From NCBI RefSeq assembly GCF_009914755.1, contig NC_060942.1: 64,000 nucleotides of DNA; one strand, given 5' to 3'. Source of the stretch: the human T2T-CHM13v2.0 reference genome, Homo sapiens. Shown here one piece after another: positions 61,126 to 64,000 of the stretch (its first letter is position 1; each line of letters begins with the position of its first letter). Under the pieces are notes generated by a model. The model worked only from the letters and a program-made list of their open reading frames with translations, was not told the DNA's origin and made no database searches. Position numbers and translations under genes: made by a program.

Positions 61126-62644
61126 CTCATCTAGCATTAAACCTAAAGGGGCTCTGTGAGGTCATCTCACCTGAACCAACTATCACATCTCCTTTTACCT
61201 CCATGAACCCTCCAGCATATATAATGGTGACTCAGTTTTGTTCAATAAACATTTTCTAAGCCAGTTATGAGTGCTAGACACTGCCAGGGATAGAAGAGCA
61301 AGACCTGGTGCTGGCCTATCTCACTGGCTAACATTTCTACAGGGCACTAAAGAGTGCTTCCCGGATTTATCTCATTTAATCCTGTTAACTATCCTATGAA
61401 GTTGGACACATTTTACAGATAAGAAACATGAGCCTTTGCAAGGTTAAGGAAGGCCAAGGTTATGTCCTAGGAAGCCATGGAGAGAGCACTTGGAGTCAGG
61501 TCTGTTTGACTCCAGGGTGCAAGTTCGTTAGGCTGCACCACTCTACTGCCCAGCTATCGGGAGGGAGTGGACTGCTCTGGAACAAACTACAAACTTGAGA
61601 TTAAAGTAACCCACAAGAATCACAAATAATATGAGCAGGGCATGTCTTTAAAAACTATGCCCCTGATATTACGATCCTTGGGGTAATTTCTTTGATTACT
61701 ATGAGTAAGCACTTTCAGTTAGGGGAGACATCCTGAATGCAACCAAAATAATTAATATAATCAAAACAAATTTTTTCAAAAATAAAGTTTCACTGAAAAT
61801 TAAACCTCATTAATTCAGATGCCCCAGTTCATAATCAGTGTTAAATTAATAGGAGCCATGCTGAAGTTTACCTTTCCAAACCCTTTCCTAATAAATCAAG
61901 AAATTAATTACACAGTTGTGAGATTTACTCATTATTTGATTCCAGAGCATTTTATCATTCTCGATTAAAATTCTACGTTTCTATTTTGACTATGATTATA
62001 TTAAGCCACACTTGTAAAACTTAATAGAAAGGCAAAATAGAGTTCTTACTCTATGTAATACAGCATATAGTTACTAGAAATATTGATACAGCAAAGCCTT
62101 TTGATTTGGTTATTTTTAAAATTTTGCATAATCAATTTGTTATAAGTTTATGTTGTATAATGTCTCTATGCAGAAAAATCTACACTTTTGTGTTGTATTC
62201 AATGTAATTCTTACAAAGAATGTGATTCTGGTGGTTATTTCCTAGGTAATAACATAATTCATAATAAAAACTGCAACTTCTAAGACTTCAATAGCATTGG
62301 GATTTAAAAGTTATTTAACAATAAAGCTCTAGGGAGACCCTAAGGGTTCTTCCAGGCTATAAAATATGTTCAATTGCCTTATAAGTTTGAAACAAATATT
62401 TTTCTTTATGGAGTGTTTGCTAGACTAAAGGATTTTTTCCCCTTATTTCAGGTTCACATGATATATGAATCTCTGAGTCCATTTTTAGCCAGTGAACCAC
62501 ATGGACATCAGTGTTACCCCCAGAAGAGTTGGGCTTCAAAAGACTTAGAATGAACACAGACACATTTGAAGTTCCTGTGTGAGCTTTTCTGTTTTGTTTT
62601 GTTTTTTAAGCGGTGTGTTTTATCCTGGCTCTTAATAGTATTCA

Positions 62645-63049
<405 letters not shown>

Positions 63050-63497
63050 CTAATTTCAGTGCTTTAGGAATGAAAGGAAGAAATAGAGAACGCGTTTCGT
63101 TGTGAAAAGGGCCTCCACCGTTGTCAGACTGCTATCAGGGAGCTGTTCCCGGGATACCGGGCAGGTGAGCACAGCAAGTGAAGGCACCCTGGCTGATCCT
63201 GCCTCTGCACGCCAGACGCAGTGCTTTCTTCAGTAGTCAGGCTCCGATTACAGAGAAACCTCATGAATTCAGGTTCAGCATATACGGAATTTGAGATCGT
63301 TCATGGAATCACCACGTATTAAAGCGGAGGGATCCGGGCAAGCACATTATCTGATTAGCCAGCATTTCACAGCTGGTACAGATGAGGAAACAGGGCTAAA
63401 GCTGTTTGAAGGATGCGTCTAAGGTAATAGTGCAAGTCCCTGGGGAGAATCTTCTCCTCCCTGCCACCTCCCTACACCATATTCATGATCACTGACT

Positions 63498-63796
63498 GCT
63501 GTGGGTTAAACTGTGTCCCCTACAAAGATACGTTCAAGTTCTAACCTTTGGTATCTGTGACTGTGACCTTATTTGGAAACAGGGAACTAAATCAAGTTAA
63601 GATAAGGTCATACTGCAGGACAGGCCCTAATCGAATGACTGATGTTTTTGTAACAGAAGGGAAGTTTAGACACAGATATAGAGGAAAGAAGACCGTGTGG
63701 TGACAAAGGCAGAGATTAGAGTGACTCAGCTATGAGCCAAGCATTGCTGGCAACCGTCAGATGCTGAAACAGACAAGGGAGGATTCTCCCCTAGAG
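63498..63796 (+). mobile_element. MLT1B/C-like LTR (interrupted)
   Basis: GGGTTAAACTGTGTCCCC...GTGACCTTATTTGGAAA...GGATTCTCCCCTAGAG. Confidence 0.8.
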
Positions 63797-64000
63797 CAGG
63801 GGTCCCCAACCCCGGGGGCCACGGACATAATGGACCGCACAGCAGGAGGGTTGCACCGCAGCGGGTGAGCAAGCAAAGCTTCACCTGTATTTACAGCCGC
63901 TCCCCTTTACTCGCATTATAGCCCGAGCTCCGCCTCCTGTCAGATGAGCGGGGACATTAGGGTCTCATAGGAGCACGAACCCTATTGTGAACTAGGCATG
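63797..64000 (+). mobile_element. MER1A/B (hAT-Charlie), runs off the window
   Basis: CAGGGGTCCCCAACCCC...GAGCTCCGCCTCCTGTCAGAT...TCTCATAGGAGCACGAACCCTATTGTGAACT. Confidence 0.9.

Overview
Human genomic DNA: about 23 Alu elements, MaLR/ERV LTRs, Tigger/MER DNA transposons and a human-specific L1HS pre-Ta insertion. A strong CpG island at ~34.8-36.7 kb most plausibly promotes a minus-strand gene that I cannot name. Its non-coding first exon ends at a splice donor at 35989, which would make 1-36 kb intronic and 37-64 kb upstream/intergenic. I found no convincing protein-coding exon; the supplied ORF track is mostly noise from Alu, L1 and GC-rich sequence with non-ATG starts. Notable items: an ancient 12S rRNA NUMT (16.4-16.75 kb); a twin-primed, 5'-inverted L1HS pre-Ta nested in a local duplication (45.1-45.7 kb); several short local duplications of different ages, including a 130-bp near-perfect copy of a MER47A interior and a paired Alu-filled/empty site; a polyproline uORF; and a 19-bp tandem repeat in the CpG island. 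I see no evidence of a new multi-gene system. Repeat subfamily calls are from memory of consensus sequences and need RepeatMasker/Dfam confirmation.
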